In this document: piece by piece, positions 43,932-58,712 of the stretch
Position numbering within the stretch: the first letter of the stretch is position 1
Layout of the letters: each line of letters opens with the position of its first letter
NCBI GenBank assembly: GCA_964016885.1
Contig: OZ024747.1
Location: forward strand, 58,590,001 to 58,654,000
Direction: 5' to 3'
Length of the DNA: 64,000 nucleotides
DNA from: Eledone cirrhosa
Taxonomy: Eukaryota
Notes under the pieces: model-generated
The model's database searches: none
Seen by the model: only the letters and a program-made list of their open reading frames with translations
Told to the model about the DNA's origin: nothing
Position numbers and translations under genes: made by a program

Positions 43932-43936
43932 GTATA

Positions 43937-43978
<42 letters not shown>

Positions 43979-44155
43979 TATATATATACGTGTATACATA
44001 TATATATACATATATATATATGCATATATATGTACATGCATTTATATATATACATACACATAAATACATACACATATACATACACATACTTAGATACATA
44101 TACATACACATACATACATATATGTACACATACATATACAAACATATACATACAT

Positions 44156-44186
<31 letters not shown>

Positions 44187-44240
44187 TGCATATATATACT
44201 TGTATACATATGCGTATATATATTATTTACATTTAAATAT

Positions 44241-44299
<59 letters not shown>

Positions 44300-45994
44300 A
44301 AACGGAAGATAAATTTCTAGATCGACTTGTCTGGACAAATTGACAGGAAGATTACAGCTGGCATATCTTTGACCATATGTTTACTTGATCACGGCCGACC
44401 TGGCAACTAGACATCATCATTAACAAAAACAACTATAACAAGACTATCAACAAAATTGTGTGTATTTCTCATCCAATATACTGATATATACTGATACGAA
44501 ATTTTATCGTTTACAAACCTATCAATTTTAGGAGGAATTCTTTTGACAACATTTGTGTATTTGTGTTCAATTAGTTTCCCCAGACTTTTCATGATTGCAT
44601 CTCAATTGTAAGGAATGGCCGTGATACAAGCTTAATCAGGCAAATTTAGATGTTCCTTTCGCTTGAGTTGCTGTCGTAAATTTCTTGATGGAAAATTGGA
44701 AAAGAAATTAACATGATTGGTTGATCATTGCAAATTTGCATAATTATTTGTCTTTCTCTTTCCTACCGAATGTTATCACTTTCAGATAAACACACGCAAT
44801 AGTATACTAATATCATTTGATAACATATCTACTGTAATGAGGCACTAATGCTTCCGATTATTGTGTATTAACAGACAGTATTACATACTATCAGGGAGAT
44901 TGAATAATCCCCCCCCCCCCCACACACACGTTTATAATGTTTCAGATTGTTCGAACCCCCCGTTTTTATTCCACCCCCTCCCTCACTAATCTATCTCCGG
45001 CGAAATTTTATTATAATTGATTCATATTGATACAAATTATATTTTACATTAAAAAAAAAGTTTATATATGACAAAAGAAAGAACATTACAAGAAATACTA
45101 TATTTACGAATATACACCATACAGCCCCCATTTATTCCAACTCACTGCTTATAAGAATTTAAGCAAATGTCCAACCTTCCCATTATTATTTGGGACCCAA
45201 GAATAGATGTCATTTGTTTTTTATTGTTGCTGTTGTTGTAGTTGCTCTTGTTCATTAAGCAGATCTAGAGTCAAACGTATTGAAGTACTGCCTATTCTGT
45301 CATATGTGTTTAGACATATTTTGGAACATATTATTCAATACGTACGCTCGCTCTTCTTTTAAGATGATTAAAAAATTGTAATTTTCGAGAGATTTTGCTG
45401 CCATTTCTAGCAGTCCCTCTCAGCAAGTAGAAGTTCCTTCAATGGCATATACGCCTCCGAGAATGCTTGTAAAGCAGAATACGATACATCAGACCTTCCA
45501 GCCTCTAGAAACCCAAACCGGGAGTACCATGAAAAATGGTGACCCAAAACGGAGAGGAATGAGGCAAAATGGAGAGATTTTACATTATGAAAGCTTTACA
45601 CATTTTCACAAGAAAAGACATCTCTTACTCACCCCAAAGTGGCTTGGAAATCTCCCCATTTGACAGTGAGAGCTGAAATGTCTGGATACATATACATATC
45701 AAGGCACTCAATATATAAAGGTGTGGCACCGCTTTAGCTCATTGACTTATTTCATTGTTGATGTAACACAACAGGAAGGAAATATGCCTCAAAATGAAAT
45801 CCTTTTTAGATAATGTTTATCTGAATGGTTGTAATGGGGTAGACATTAGTTATATTCGTAAATTGCTTCATCAAAACTGCAGTTGCATTAAATTTAATTG
45901 GAGAGGACATATGCCGAGAGTGATACCTGAAACTTGCTTCTGAAAGACGATAAAATATGATTATCTAAAAGATAACACTTACTTTCATATGTTC

Positions 45995-46175
45995 GTGGGT
46001 GCAGAGCAGATATGGGAAACAACTTTCGACCTGAAACCGCCAGTAGAAAGAACAGCAAAAGACTGTGGGTGGCGGGAAGCGGAAGAAGCAGCAGGGAAAA
46101 GACAAATGCGCGTGTGAGAAGAAGGAGGAGGGAAATTTCAATTGTGCGTGTCAGAAGACGTGTCTTTGTAACCCC
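45995..46175 (+). mobile_element. Possible DNA-transposon C-terminal CXC-type fragment
   Basis: AEQIWET...P...DCGW followed in another frame by KCAC...NCACQKTCLC. Confidence 0.25.
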
Positions 46176-46356
46176 CCGCCCCTCAGTAGTTTCTATATTT
46201 CATCAGGACTCTATCAACCAAAAGCCATTGATCTCACTCCTCTGAGGTATTTTTATCCCACACTATCATTGAAAGAATTTAACACCTATTATTGCGTTGA
46301 ATTTTTTTTTTCTATGAATTCAAACTTGAACAGTGCCAACAACGGTTATACACACA

Positions 46357-46409
<53 letters not shown>

Positions 46410-46544
46410 ATATATATATGTATATATGTATGTATGTGTGTGTGGTTGAACCTGTCACTGCACGAAGGGGAACTCTGAGTAACAAAATTCAAGCTCAGGC
46501 GTAATAAAGAATAGATAAATATGTATATATGTATATGTATATAA

Positions 46545-46575
<31 letters not shown>

Positions 46576-46584
46576 AATATAAAT

Positions 46585-46621
<37 letters not shown>

Positions 46622-46631
46622 CACATAGGCA

Positions 46632-46716
<85 letters not shown>

Positions 46717-47273
46717 GCGCGCGCATATATAAATATCCATATATATATATATACATACAGGATGGCATTTCTGAGTTAAAAATTCATATAATTCATTTTT
46801 CTCAACGGAGATGTGCAGAAAGCTAAGTTGATTTATTTATTTTATTTCATTTCAAGACGAAGACTAAATTAATTACACCTTGTCACATTACCTCTTCTCT
46901 ATCTCTGTTTTTGCGTTGTTTTCAACAGCAACTATAATTCACAATCCCACCATTTCCGCAATAACACAATCTACAATACACATAGAATAATATATATATA
47001 TACATATATATAGCTAGTAACAGTGGGCTGACTCTTTAAGAACTTGTTTCCTATGTACATCCGTCTGTTTCAACGTCGGATGATGCAGTTGATCAACTCA
47101 CAGAACAGAGTGTGTGTGTAGTTAACGTTGTGCTACATGAGCAATCAACAAATTTGTGTACCCTTAATGTGAAGCTACATGAGGAATCAAAATGTATGTA
47201 AATCCTTAAGGTGGCGCTACATGAGAATTCCAGAGATATGGTACCCTTAATGTGACGCTAGATGAGCATTCAA

Positions 47274-48158
47274 CAAATATGTGTGCCCTTAATGTAGTTC
47301 CCCAAAAATCTAAGCAAGAAACAAAAGTAACAAATATGTTCTTTGAAATACAGCAAGTACGCAAGAGTTTTAGAGGACTAGACAAAATATGTGTGCCCTT
47401 AATGTAGTTCCCCAAAAATCTAAGCAAGAAACAAAAGTAACAAATATGTTCTTTGAAATACAGCAAGTACGCAAGAGTTTTAGAGGACTAGACAAAATAT
47501 GTGTGCCCTTAATGTAGTTCCCCAAAAAATCTAAGCAAGAAACAAAAGTAACAAATATGTTCTTTGAAATACAGCAAGTACGCAAGAGTTTTAGCGGACT
47601 AGACAAAATATGTGTGCCCTTAATGTAGTTCCCCAAAAATCTAAGCAAGAAACAAAAGTAACAAATATGTTCTTTGAAATACAGCAAGTACGCAAGAGTT
47701 TTAGAGGACTAGACAAAATATGTGTGCCCTTAATGTAGTTCCCCAAAAATCTAAGCAAGAAACAAAAGTAACAAATATGTTCTTTGAAATACAGCAAGTA
47801 CGCAAGAGTTTTAGAGGACTAGACAAAATATGTGTGCCCTTAATGTAGTTCCCCAAAAAATCTAAGCAAGAAACAAAAGTAACAAATATGTTCTTTGAAA
47901 TACAGCAAGTACGCAAGAGTTTTAGCGGACTAGACAAAATATGTGTGCCCTTAATGTAGTTCCCCAAAAATCTAAGCAAGAAACAAAAGTAACAAATATG
48001 TTCTTTGAAATACAGCAAGTACGCAAGAGTTTTAGAGGACTAGACAAAATATGTGTGCCCTTAATGTAGTTCCCCAAAAATCTAAGCAAGAAACAAAAGT
48101 AACAAATATGTTCTTTGAAATACAGCAAGTACGCAAGAGTTTTAGAGGACTAGACAAA
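47274..48158. repeat. 110-bp tandem array, 8 units, higher-order pattern AAB-AAB-AA
   Basis: gtgtgccctt at 47281, 47391, 47501, 47612, 47722, 47832, 47943, 48053; units 3 and 6 share an extra A and tagcggac. Confidence 0.96.
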
Positions 48159-48526
48159 AGCAACGTGAAATAAATTGTCTTGCACAGGACAGAATTTGCT
48201 GCGAATTGATCTCAGGTTCTTGAACCGAACACACTAAAATCAGTTGCTTTCACAGCCAATGATATTTAGCAGTGATAACAGTATGCTGCCTTTGTAACAA
48301 CACACTTCGTGATAGAATATCATAGTTAGATAGTTTCAAATATAAGTGAGTTCCAAGATATGTTACCTACTAAATCTGCGGGGAAACATGTAGATCAGGA
48401 TCGGAACAATGAGTTAATTTCTAATTTCTAGTTACCTACGATTGAACTCGGGTCTCACATATCCACATATGTGAATATATTATATATATATAAATATATT
48501 TACATAAATAAATATATAAATATATA

Positions 48527-49262
48527 TACATAAATATATTTATATATATACATGAATATGTACATATACATAAATATATATATATACATGAATATGTATA
48601 TATACATAAATATATATATATATACATGAATATGTACATATACATAAATATATATATATATACATGAATATGTACATATACATAAATATATATATATACA
48701 TGAATATGTACATATACATAAATATATATATATATACATGAATATGTATATATACATAAATATATATATATATACATGAATATGTACATATACATAAATA
48801 TATATATATATACATGAATATGTACATATACATACATATATATATATATACATGAATATGTACATATACATAAATATATATATATACATGAATATGTACA
48901 TATACATAAATATATATATATACATGAATATGTATATATACATAAATATACATATATATATATACATGAATATGTACATATACATAAATATATATATATA
49001 CATGAATATGTACATATACATAAATATATATATATATACATGAATATGTACATATACATAAATATAATATATACATGAATATGTACATATACATAAATAT
49101 ATATATATACATGAATATGTATATATACATAAATATACATATATATATACATGAATATGTACATATACATAAATATATATATATACATGAATATGTACAT
49201 ATACATAAATATATATATATATACATGAATATGTATATATACATAAATATATATATATATAT
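48527..49262. repeat. Minisatellite catgaatatgtacatatacataaa(ta)n, about 19 units with variable TA length
   Basis: Directly visible. Confidence 0.93.
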
Positions 49263-49511
49263 ATAGTAATAATAATAAATTTGAAGACTAAAATCCAAAG
49301 AGGGCTCGATAAGGATAAATATATATCAAATATATAAGAACCGTAGAGCAAATATTCGTGTTTTGGTTGTCTCCAAACATTTGTGTATTTACATGTAGGT
49401 ATGTGTGTGCGCGTGTTATATACTTATTTATTTATTTATATACGTTTATTTAATTATTTGTATACACGCACACACACACACATAGTTATATGTGCGTGTA
49501 TTTGTATACCT

Positions 49512-50213
49512 ATGGCGAGTGTTTTCGCGTATTCCTGTGTATGTACATATTTGGATGCGTGTATGTATTTATTTAATTTCAATTACCTCTGTATTTTATT
49601 TACTTTATTCTTATCTCTATAGCGGAGAATCTTTCGGTTTCCTAGTTAGAATTTTAGTCTACGACTTCAGTTATACCATTTACGTGGTTTTGTCTTTGCG
49701 TGGCAATTGTTCTTCCCCGCTCCACATATGACGTATTATCTTCGTTTTTTCCGTTCATTGCCAAAGAACCTCTCTATGAACCACCTAAGAGATTGTTAGT
49801 CTACGACTTCTTTTATACCATAAACGTGGTTCTGTCTTTGCGTGTAATTGTTTTTCACCCCTCCAAATAATGACGTATTATATTCGTTTTTTCCCGTTCT
49901 TTGCCAGGGAACGTTTCCACGAACCAAAGTATCGTCTTCCTGTCTTCCTCCGGTTGCAACGTTTTTTGAAATATTCACTTCTGCGTTTACAGATTGACTT
50001 TGTCAGTTTCAGAAGATCCCGTTAAGGGTGAAAGCAGCGATTCTTTGCTTAAACTTTAATCTGTTATTATAATTGTTTCTACGTTAGGCACAAGTCCAGC
50101 AATTAACCAGTGCACTACTGGTACTTTATTTTATCGACCCCGTAAGGATGAAAGGCAAAGTTAACCTCGGCGGGATTTGAAGTCAGAATCTGTTATTATA
50201 ATCTGTTATTATA

Positions 50214-50283
<70 letters not shown>

Positions 50284-50546
50284 GAAGATAATACGTCATA
50301 TGTGTAGCGTGGAGAACAATTGCACGCAAAGACAAAACCACGTAAATGGTATAGCTGAAGTCGTAGACTAAAATTCTAACTAGGAAACCGAATGAATCTC
50401 CGCTTCAGAGTTAAGAATAAAGTAAAATACAATATAGAGGTAATAGAAATTAAATAAATACAAACACGCATGCAAATACGTACATACACAAGCATACGCG
50501 AAAACACTTGCCATTACCTCTGTATTGTATTTTACTTTATTCTTAA
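49512..50546. mobile_element. Complex direct/inverted repeat: arm 49512-49745, partial direct copy 49796-49925, inverted copy 50282-50514, short re-inversion 50515-50546
   Basis: Matches by eye (ttagtctacgacttc...gtctttgcgtg...atgacgtattatcttcgt). Confidence 0.8.
50074..50186 (-). mobile_element. 5'-truncated SINE with target-site duplication aatctgttattata(at)
   Basis: TSD at 50058-50073, repeated twice at 50187-50215. Confidence 0.85.
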
Positions 50547-50933
50547 GAAAATAGAATGAGAAATTAAATAAATTGAAGAGACGTACGAGGTGGAATTATA
50601 AAAAAGGGTCTTTAGATATAAATAACAGGTCCAATCATGTTGTAAACTGTTGAGGATATGTGTATGATATATCTTTTTAGAAAAGAAAAAAACCGTGTTG
50701 TATAAAGAGCTATACTTGCGTGCGTGCGCGTGTTAGTCTAATTAGCCCGTATACATGGGTTTCAAAACTATATATCGTCATCTATATTGAGTTCCAGCAG
50801 AGAGCAGGTTAAGGAAACACTGTCTTGATAACGAAGTGAGTCAGAAATGAAGGCCTCGGCATTTATCCACCCTTTGCTTCTCCTGAAAACGCGAGATGGT
50901 GGTACGTCATCAATATATATGCATATATATATG

Positions 50934-51025
<92 letters not shown>

Positions 51026-51113
51026 TATATATATATGTATATATATATATATGCATATATATATGAATATATATATATATATATATATACATATATATAT
51101 ACATATATATATA

Positions 51114-51196
<83 letters not shown>

Positions 51197-51369
51197 ACAT
51201 GCATATATATATGCATATATATATATATATCGTTTCATTGTTTCCATTTATCGTTTTCGGTGCGGCCGGCCGATTAACTCACTCGATATGCAAATTAGGC
51301 TGTTCAGCCGTTAATATGCATAAGGAAAGTATATACTTTTAGACGTTCAATCATTTGGCAGGAAGGTAT

Positions 51370-51412
51370 ACGGTGCTGACGATAGCTAATAACCTTGAAA
51401 CTAGTACACCGT
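51370..51412 (+). ncRNA. Minimal type I hammerhead ribozyme in a ~300-bp element (51231-51530) next to (TA)n
   Basis: acggtg-CTGACGA-tagctaataacctt-GAAA-cta-GTA-caccgt: perfect 6-bp helix I, palindromic ACTAGT helix III, GUA cleavage triplet; helix II partly mismatched. Confidence 0.8.
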
Positions 51413-51630
51413 TCCTTTGTCAGTGTTGAACAAAAGGGCAGCGGTTGTTGTTAAACACTGGACGGCTTAATTCGGGATGTTTGTTTACAAACAAACCGAG
51501 CATTATAATGAATGCTCGGTAAATCCATACGTACTTATAAATATGTGTGCATGTATGTATATATATACATACTAATGTACGTCTGTATACATATATGTAT
51601 GTACGTATACATACTTATATATATATGCAT

Positions 51631-52475
51631 ATACTATATAATATTTTGAGAATAAGCTCTCAGTCCTTTACAATAATTAAGCTCCAGGAAAGGGTCATTT
51701 CCGAGCAGTTAAATATACATTAAAATACATGATAAACACAAAACGTGTTTGCATTGCAACAGACAGTCAGCTATTAAAGAAATAAACTAATTAAAGTGAA
51801 TACAATTTGTCTGTCTCGATATAAGTCAATAAAGACAATCTTATATTGGCAACTGCCATGATTCCTGGACAGATTTAAATTTTTGTGTTTTGTGTTTATC
51901 ATTATTTTAATGTATATTTAACTGATCGGAAATGACCCTTTCCTGGAGCTTAATTATTGTAAAGGACTGAGAGCTTATTCTCAAAATATTATATAGTATA
52001 TTGCTCCTTAAATGTTAGAGCTGATTTTTAATCCCGCATATATGGCTGTTATTTCTAGCACCGTTAATGCGGGACGGCTAGTTTGGTCTGGCTATACACG
52101 TGTAGTCAGACTTGCAAAATTTTTTGATGTGAAATGTACTAATTTCTACTGGATTCCTGTTGATATGCACAGAAGATTTGGATATTTCACTTTTTATTTC
52201 AATTCCATTTCGATTCTCTTTATTTTTTAAATTCACATACCACCATTGCGAAACGGATTTGGGTTTCGAGGTTCAAATTCGTCTACAGAACAGGTTTGGA
52301 TTTTGAAATTTAAATCTGTCCAGGAATCATGGCAGTTGCCAATATAAGATTGTCTTTATTGACTTGTATCGAGACAGACAAATTGTATTCACTTTAATTA
52401 GTTTATTTCATTAATAGCTGACTGTCTGTTGCAATGCAAACACATTTTGTGTTTATCATGTATTTTAATGTATAT
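51631..52475. mobile_element. Overlapping inverted repeats: 51631-51744 / 51887-51999 and 51713-51882 / 52306-52475
   Basis: Near-exact reverse complements. Confidence 0.88.
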
Positions 52476-53165
52476 ATGCATATATATATATTACATATAT
52501 ATTTATTTATTTATTTATTATGTATATATACACACACACATATATTTATATATATATATATATATACACACACATATATATATATATATATACACACATA
52601 CGCATATATATATATATGTGTGTATGTGTGTGTGTGGATATGGTATGCGCATGTGTATTAATGTGTCCGTTTGGCTATTTTCGTGCTAGTGTACAACTGC
52701 TTTTGCGTTTGTATGTATTTAATTTTATTTATTTATTCATTTATATATTTATTTACTCTCCCAACGGGTTGGTTTCTCGTTTAAACATAACGAAATTATA
52801 TTTAAATTAATATATTTAGATGAGAATGCTAATGATTTGCTCATTATGTATTCGGGATCTAATCTACATGAAGGCAGTAAACTAGGTTCATTAGCTATGT
52901 ATTTCATTGGAGAGAACTATTTATGTATTCCTCACATTGTTTCATGGTATCATGTTAGTTCAATAGTGGATATAGAGTGGCATATGATAGAGAGGGGATA
53001 TAGAGGAATATAGAGAGAGGGGGGGGGGGGTGAGAAAGAGAGAGGGGTAAAATGAGAAAGAGAGAGGGAGGGAGATAGAAAGGAAAAAGAAGACAGAGTC
53101 AGAGAGAGAATAAGAAAGAATTAGAGAATGGAAAGAAGAAAGAGGATAAGAAATAGCGATATGAA

Positions 53166-53227
<62 letters not shown>

Positions 53228-54657
53228 CGAGAGAGAGAGAGAGAAACAGAGAGACGGAGAGAAGAAGGAGAAAGAAGAAAGAGTAAAAAAGAGAATAAGA
53301 AAGAGAGAAAGTGAGAGAGATGAATCTGAGCGAGAGAGAATGAAAAGTGTGAAGAGAAAGAGAATTAGAAATAGAGAGATGAAAAGGAAACGGAGAGAGA
53401 GAGAGAGAGAGAAAGAAAGGGAGAGACAGAAAGAGAAATAGAGAGAGAAAGGGAAAAGTAAATAATGAAGTGAATATACAGAGAGAGAGAGATGGAGAGA
53501 GAGGAATTGAGAGAGAGGAAGAGAGAGAGACGGGGAGCGGTAGAGGGAGAAAGAGGGGGAGAGAAGTGGAGGCAATGCACACATCGAGAGAGTTTAGTCC
53601 GTGGCCTAATGCTTAAAATGTCTTCAGACTCCCCTTTCTCGTTTAATATATCTCCTGCATATTCCTCTCCTCTCAATATATCTTAGAATATATCTTGCTC
53701 TTCCTTTCTTACTTCAATTTTCTCCCTCTTTTTCTTACTATTTTTTCTCTCTTGCTCTCTATTTCTATCTCACCATCTCTTTAAATAACGAAAAGAAAAT
53801 AAGCCATAGAGTAAAACATAAACAAACACAAATACAAACAAACTAAAAACCTGAAATCACTAGGACTGGTTCGTGAAATCTGTTGAAGCGAACTTAAGCA
53901 AGTTTGCATTAACTATTGCTAATATCTTGTGTCAGCAACATACAAAGTATAGAAGAAGGTAAGAGAGAATGTATGGAGAGGAAGGAAGAAAGAAAGAAAG
54001 AAAGAAAAAAGAGAAAAAAGAAAGAAAGTGAAAGTAAAGATAGTGTGGAGTTATAGAAGTGTGTTCTATATTATAATAGCCAATCCGGTTTGATCAGCTG
54101 TTACCAAATGACTTCGTTTTGTCAACGTGACACATAACTTTCTCGTTTATATAGAATTAGGTACAACATTCTAAGCACGAAACTACAAATCACTCGTTTT
54201 TACTGACGGTTATGGCAATAGATTTATTACTACTAAATACTTGCTGGATGGCTTTTCTGTGTGGTTTCATTTATTTATTTTGTTACTTATATATCTATAT
54301 ATTTCTATGTATGTATTATTGCTTTTTATTGTTGAGTTTATGTTTTTATATATCGTTTGACTTATTTCAACAGTAAGACGATTAAAGGAAGTAGACTAAG
54401 AAGATGCTATTATCAATATCATTATGAAGAAGAAGGCAATGAAGTGACGTGAATGGTTAAGCAGCGGAAAACATATCTTCTCTACACAATTTCGTTTAGG
54501 ATTTGATTTCAAATCTAATCAGAATTGGTTTATATAGTCCAGCTTAGGACAGTAAAAAATGGTCGATTCGACAGTCTTTCATGCCAAGCGCACAGAGTTA
54601 AATTGTCGCAGAGGTTAACTTTTGCTTTTCAGGCTGTGAATGTCAATACAGAATGTA

Positions 54658-54719
54658 CCATCCACGTGCAGGTGCAGCCCTCACCAGTAGATGAGGGCTG
54701 CACCTGCACGGGTGGATGG
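54658..54719. other. GC-rich hairpin within a degenerate SINE
   Basis: ccatccac-gtgcaggtgcagccctca / tgagggctgcacctgcac-gg-gtggatgg. Confidence 0.85.
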
Positions 54720-56633
54720 GAAAGTAATGCCCAACAATTAAATTATTTCAAGGTGTTTTGATATGGGTGGGATGAAAGGATGAATTCTGCTTAAAGCACA
54801 CAAGGACGATGTGACGATGTTAAATTAAGACAAATAGCCAAGAACGCAAATCTCAAAGAACCAGAGGTTATCGAGTAAAACCTCACCTGTGGTGCTCAGA
54901 CAATTCTGACAATCCAACGCCTCGGAGTGGAGTGGTACTTTATTTTAACAAAGTCGGAATGGTAAATGTTAACGTTGATTTTTTTTTTCGGTATTTAAAC
55001 ACACCAGAAACCAGACACAGATACCGCAAGAGATTTTCTCCTACAAACTAAGGACTTTACCTATTCCCCGCCTAGTATCACAAACGTAGCTTTCGTTAAG
55101 GCTTTTATCAAAACTGTACATCCAGCAGCTATTGATGTGAATTTAGACAAATCATGTTCTATGATGGCTAAAGTATTAATGTTATTCGTTGATCCCTGAT
55201 TTCTTACAAATCTCTACGCGGTCTCTTTGAAAAAAGTTGTTGGAAATGACGGAAAAATACTTTAAAATGTTTCCCTACCGTTTTGAAAGGGGAAAGGCAT
55301 ATTATATAATGTGGTCCTATATAGGTTAAGTCTTCAAAACGGCTGGAAGGTCAATCAACTGACTTGGTGCAAAACTACAGCAACAACAACAACAAAATCA
55401 ACAACATACAAAATACTTTCATTAAGCAATGATTTCATCAAACAATGGTTTCGAATTTAGGCAAAATGTCACATATATTTCGCTAGTGGAGTGACTATGG
55501 TCGGTTTAAATACCTTAGGTTTGTGACAGGCACATGTTGTATCAAATACTGACGAACGAAATACAAGTAGAACACGGTAGAATTTGAACTTCGAACGTAA
55601 AGAAGAGAAAACAAATTATCCAAACATTCTGCCTCTTGTGTTACCAATACAGATTCTGTAATCCGCCTAATGAGTAAGTTTCATATAAATATTTAATAGT
55701 GGGAAGTTATCAGCTTGTGCTTCCCTGCAAGTTTATTTCCGCTGAGAAGGCAAGAACAGCAGTACAGTAGTATATGAAGCGCTACTTACCTCATGAAACA
55801 GTCACCTTGGAAAGTGGATGAGATAAGAGTCATCCAAAATAATTAGATTTCTAATTATATTATAAATCTTTACAATTCGTATATTCGATTAATTTTAACA
55901 TTCGTTGAAATGAATAATTCCTCTAAAATAGAAATAATAATGTCTTTCCTAATTTGGTTTCTACATCGAAAAGTGTTATAAAGAACGCAGAAAGTATATT
56001 GAAAACATTCTCGTTTCTCTTGTTTATTAATGTCAAAAGTCTGTTATACTCAACCTCTTCATTATAATGCTTTATTTCGGAGCATTTTATGTATTGTTAC
56101 GGTTTGCTTAGATATTCGTTGTGACTAAATTATCTCCAAAAATGTTGTCAAAATAGTAATATAAAATGGCGTAGATTTCATGACATTAGTTTTCCCTCTT
56201 GTTTTACAAATACCCATCACGTGTTCACTTGCTAAGCGAAACAGCAAATCAATCTAAAAAGATAATAATAAAAGAAATCTATTAGATTTCATTAAGTTGT
56301 CTCAACAACAAAAGAATAAATAGAAAATCAGGAGGAAAAATATCTGGAAAATAATAAAAGAAGAAAATTCCGAAAAAAATATTGCGATGAAAACAAAACA
56401 ACAAACAAAAATTATAGAAATAATAAATAAAATAAGAAGAGAATTGTATTTATTTTGTATTTATATTTTATTCATGTTTTATTATTTTCCATTTCATTTT
56501 TCGGCGTGGAGTAATTTTATCACGAAAAAAAAAATATATTTGATTGATAGATGATGAATGATTTCAATAAATCATAGAGTGAAAAGATGATAATAACAAC
56601 AACAACGACGATGATAATAATAATAGTAATAAA

Positions 56634-56664
<31 letters not shown>

Positions 56665-56965
56665 GTAATAATAATAATAATAATAAAAATGTTAACTAAA
56701 TGGATATAAAAAAGAAAAGTATGGAAAAGAAAACGGAAGTGGAGAAATAGCAATGATAACAATTACAAGGCCAACACTAACGACAATAATACTGCAGCGA
56801 ATACTATTAATAACACTAACAACTACAACAATAATAATAATGATGCTGCTCATGATGATGATGATGATGACGATGACGACAATAATAATATTCTGGAAGA
56901 AAATGTAGAAACATAGCACAAAGTTTCTTTCAAAATGAGATAAAATAGAAGAAACGGGTCGCATG

Positions 56966-57098
<133 letters not shown>

Positions 57099-57236
57099 TT
57101 ATATATATATTTATATGTATGAGTATATATATATATTAATATATATATTTATATGTATGTATGAATGTACGTGTGTGTATGTATATATATATATATATCC
57201 AAATATATATAAGTATGTATGTGTGTGTGTGTGTGT

Positions 57237-57271
<35 letters not shown>

Positions 57272-58526
57272 CATAACAATGGATAAAATGGTTTAGTTGT
57301 ATAGAATAGTAGACTGGATGAGGACGAAGCATCATGGCGAAAAGAATGGATGTGGCTTTTGAAAAGATGCAAGAGATAAACGTAGAAGCAGAGGTAGAAG
57401 TAGTGTTATAATGGGAAAAAAAAGTCTTGTAGATTACCTGACGAATATAATGGGTGTATTAGAATGGAGGGAAAAAATCGATTGCTCAAATCAAAAAGAT
57501 AATAGATAGCTGAGTCATAACCTCGTGTATCTATTACGGTATTAAAAGTTTGATATTTCAGACATCAGAGAATATCGTAACGTTTGATATAAGACAGAAC
57601 GTTCCGTTTCATTTCATTCGAAGTGGGAGTTCGTAAAGTGTTAGTGGTGGTGGTTAGGTTATGTAGGAAGGTCATTTCGGTTGTAAGATTCACGAATACC
57701 GCCCTCCAACCTCGCCCAACACGTTTTCAGAAAGTTGCCTTTAATTAGTAGCTGGTGAGGCTTATTTTTGTAACCCAACCTTTGACGGGTATATCATTTG
57801 ACGGTTGAAAGGTCTCTAGAGTCACAACTTGGCTCTTCACAAACACCTTTTATTTCATTATCAAATATATGCATGGTTGTTTATATGTTTGCACGTACGC
57901 ACGTATGTATGTATGTATATATGTATGTATTCGGTAAGTGAACATATGAGTGCAGGAACAGATATTTTTTTATGATACATGGATGACTCAAGCGGTATAT
58001 ATATATATAATTCCTTAAATGTATATATGTGAATCCCCCAATCCATATATACCTCGACACAGACTGCATAAACCTACATTCATATATTTTCAAAATGAAT
58101 CCCACTCATGTATTTAGGATCTTAGGCTATTTTAGTAACTTGATTTTCTTTCTTTATCTCGCTCTCCCTCTCTCTATCTCTTTATCTCTCTCTCCCTCTC
58201 TCTATCTCTTTATATCTCCCTCTCTCTCTATCTCTATCTCTTTATATCTCCCTCTCTCTCTATATCTCTCTCTATCGCTATCTCTATCTCTATCTCTCTC
58301 TCTCTCTATCTCTCCTCTCACTCACACATTTAGACCCTAATTCTTTCACACACTGACAGGTGATTCGTAAGGTGGTCGCTGGTAATTGTGTTAAGTTTAC
58401 CGATGTATTTCTGGTTTTGTAAATGTACGTGGGCAGCAGTTAGGGTGTCGGCTCATGCACGCAAGCGAGCCATTTCGATTCCCGGCGGAAAGTTATGTCT
58501 TGTGGCATATTATTTATTTCACGTTT

Positions 58527-58712
58527 AAGGCGGTGGATTGGCAGTATTGGTAGAGCGTCGGACGCCATGCTTTCCAACATAGTTACGTCCCTTTACGATC
58601 TGAGTTCAAATCCCGCCGAGGTTGACTTTGCCTTTCATCCTTACGGGGTCGATAAAATAAAGTACCAGTAATGCACTGGGTTATTGCTGGTCTTGTGCCT
58701 AAAGTAGAAACA
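58527..58712 (+). mobile_element. Young SINE with 18-bp TSD, inserted into an older SINE of the second family (58425-58760)
   Basis: attatttatttcacgttt at 58509-58526 and 58713-58730. Confidence 0.92.

Noticed and set aside
47206-48128. Repeated ORFs MLYFKEHICYF...
   Set aside because: By-product of the 110-bp array; unit length is not a multiple of 3
50768-50890. Minus-strand exon or DDE transposase fragment (KGWINAEAF)
   Set aside because: Weak acceptor next to (TA)n; motif too short to assign
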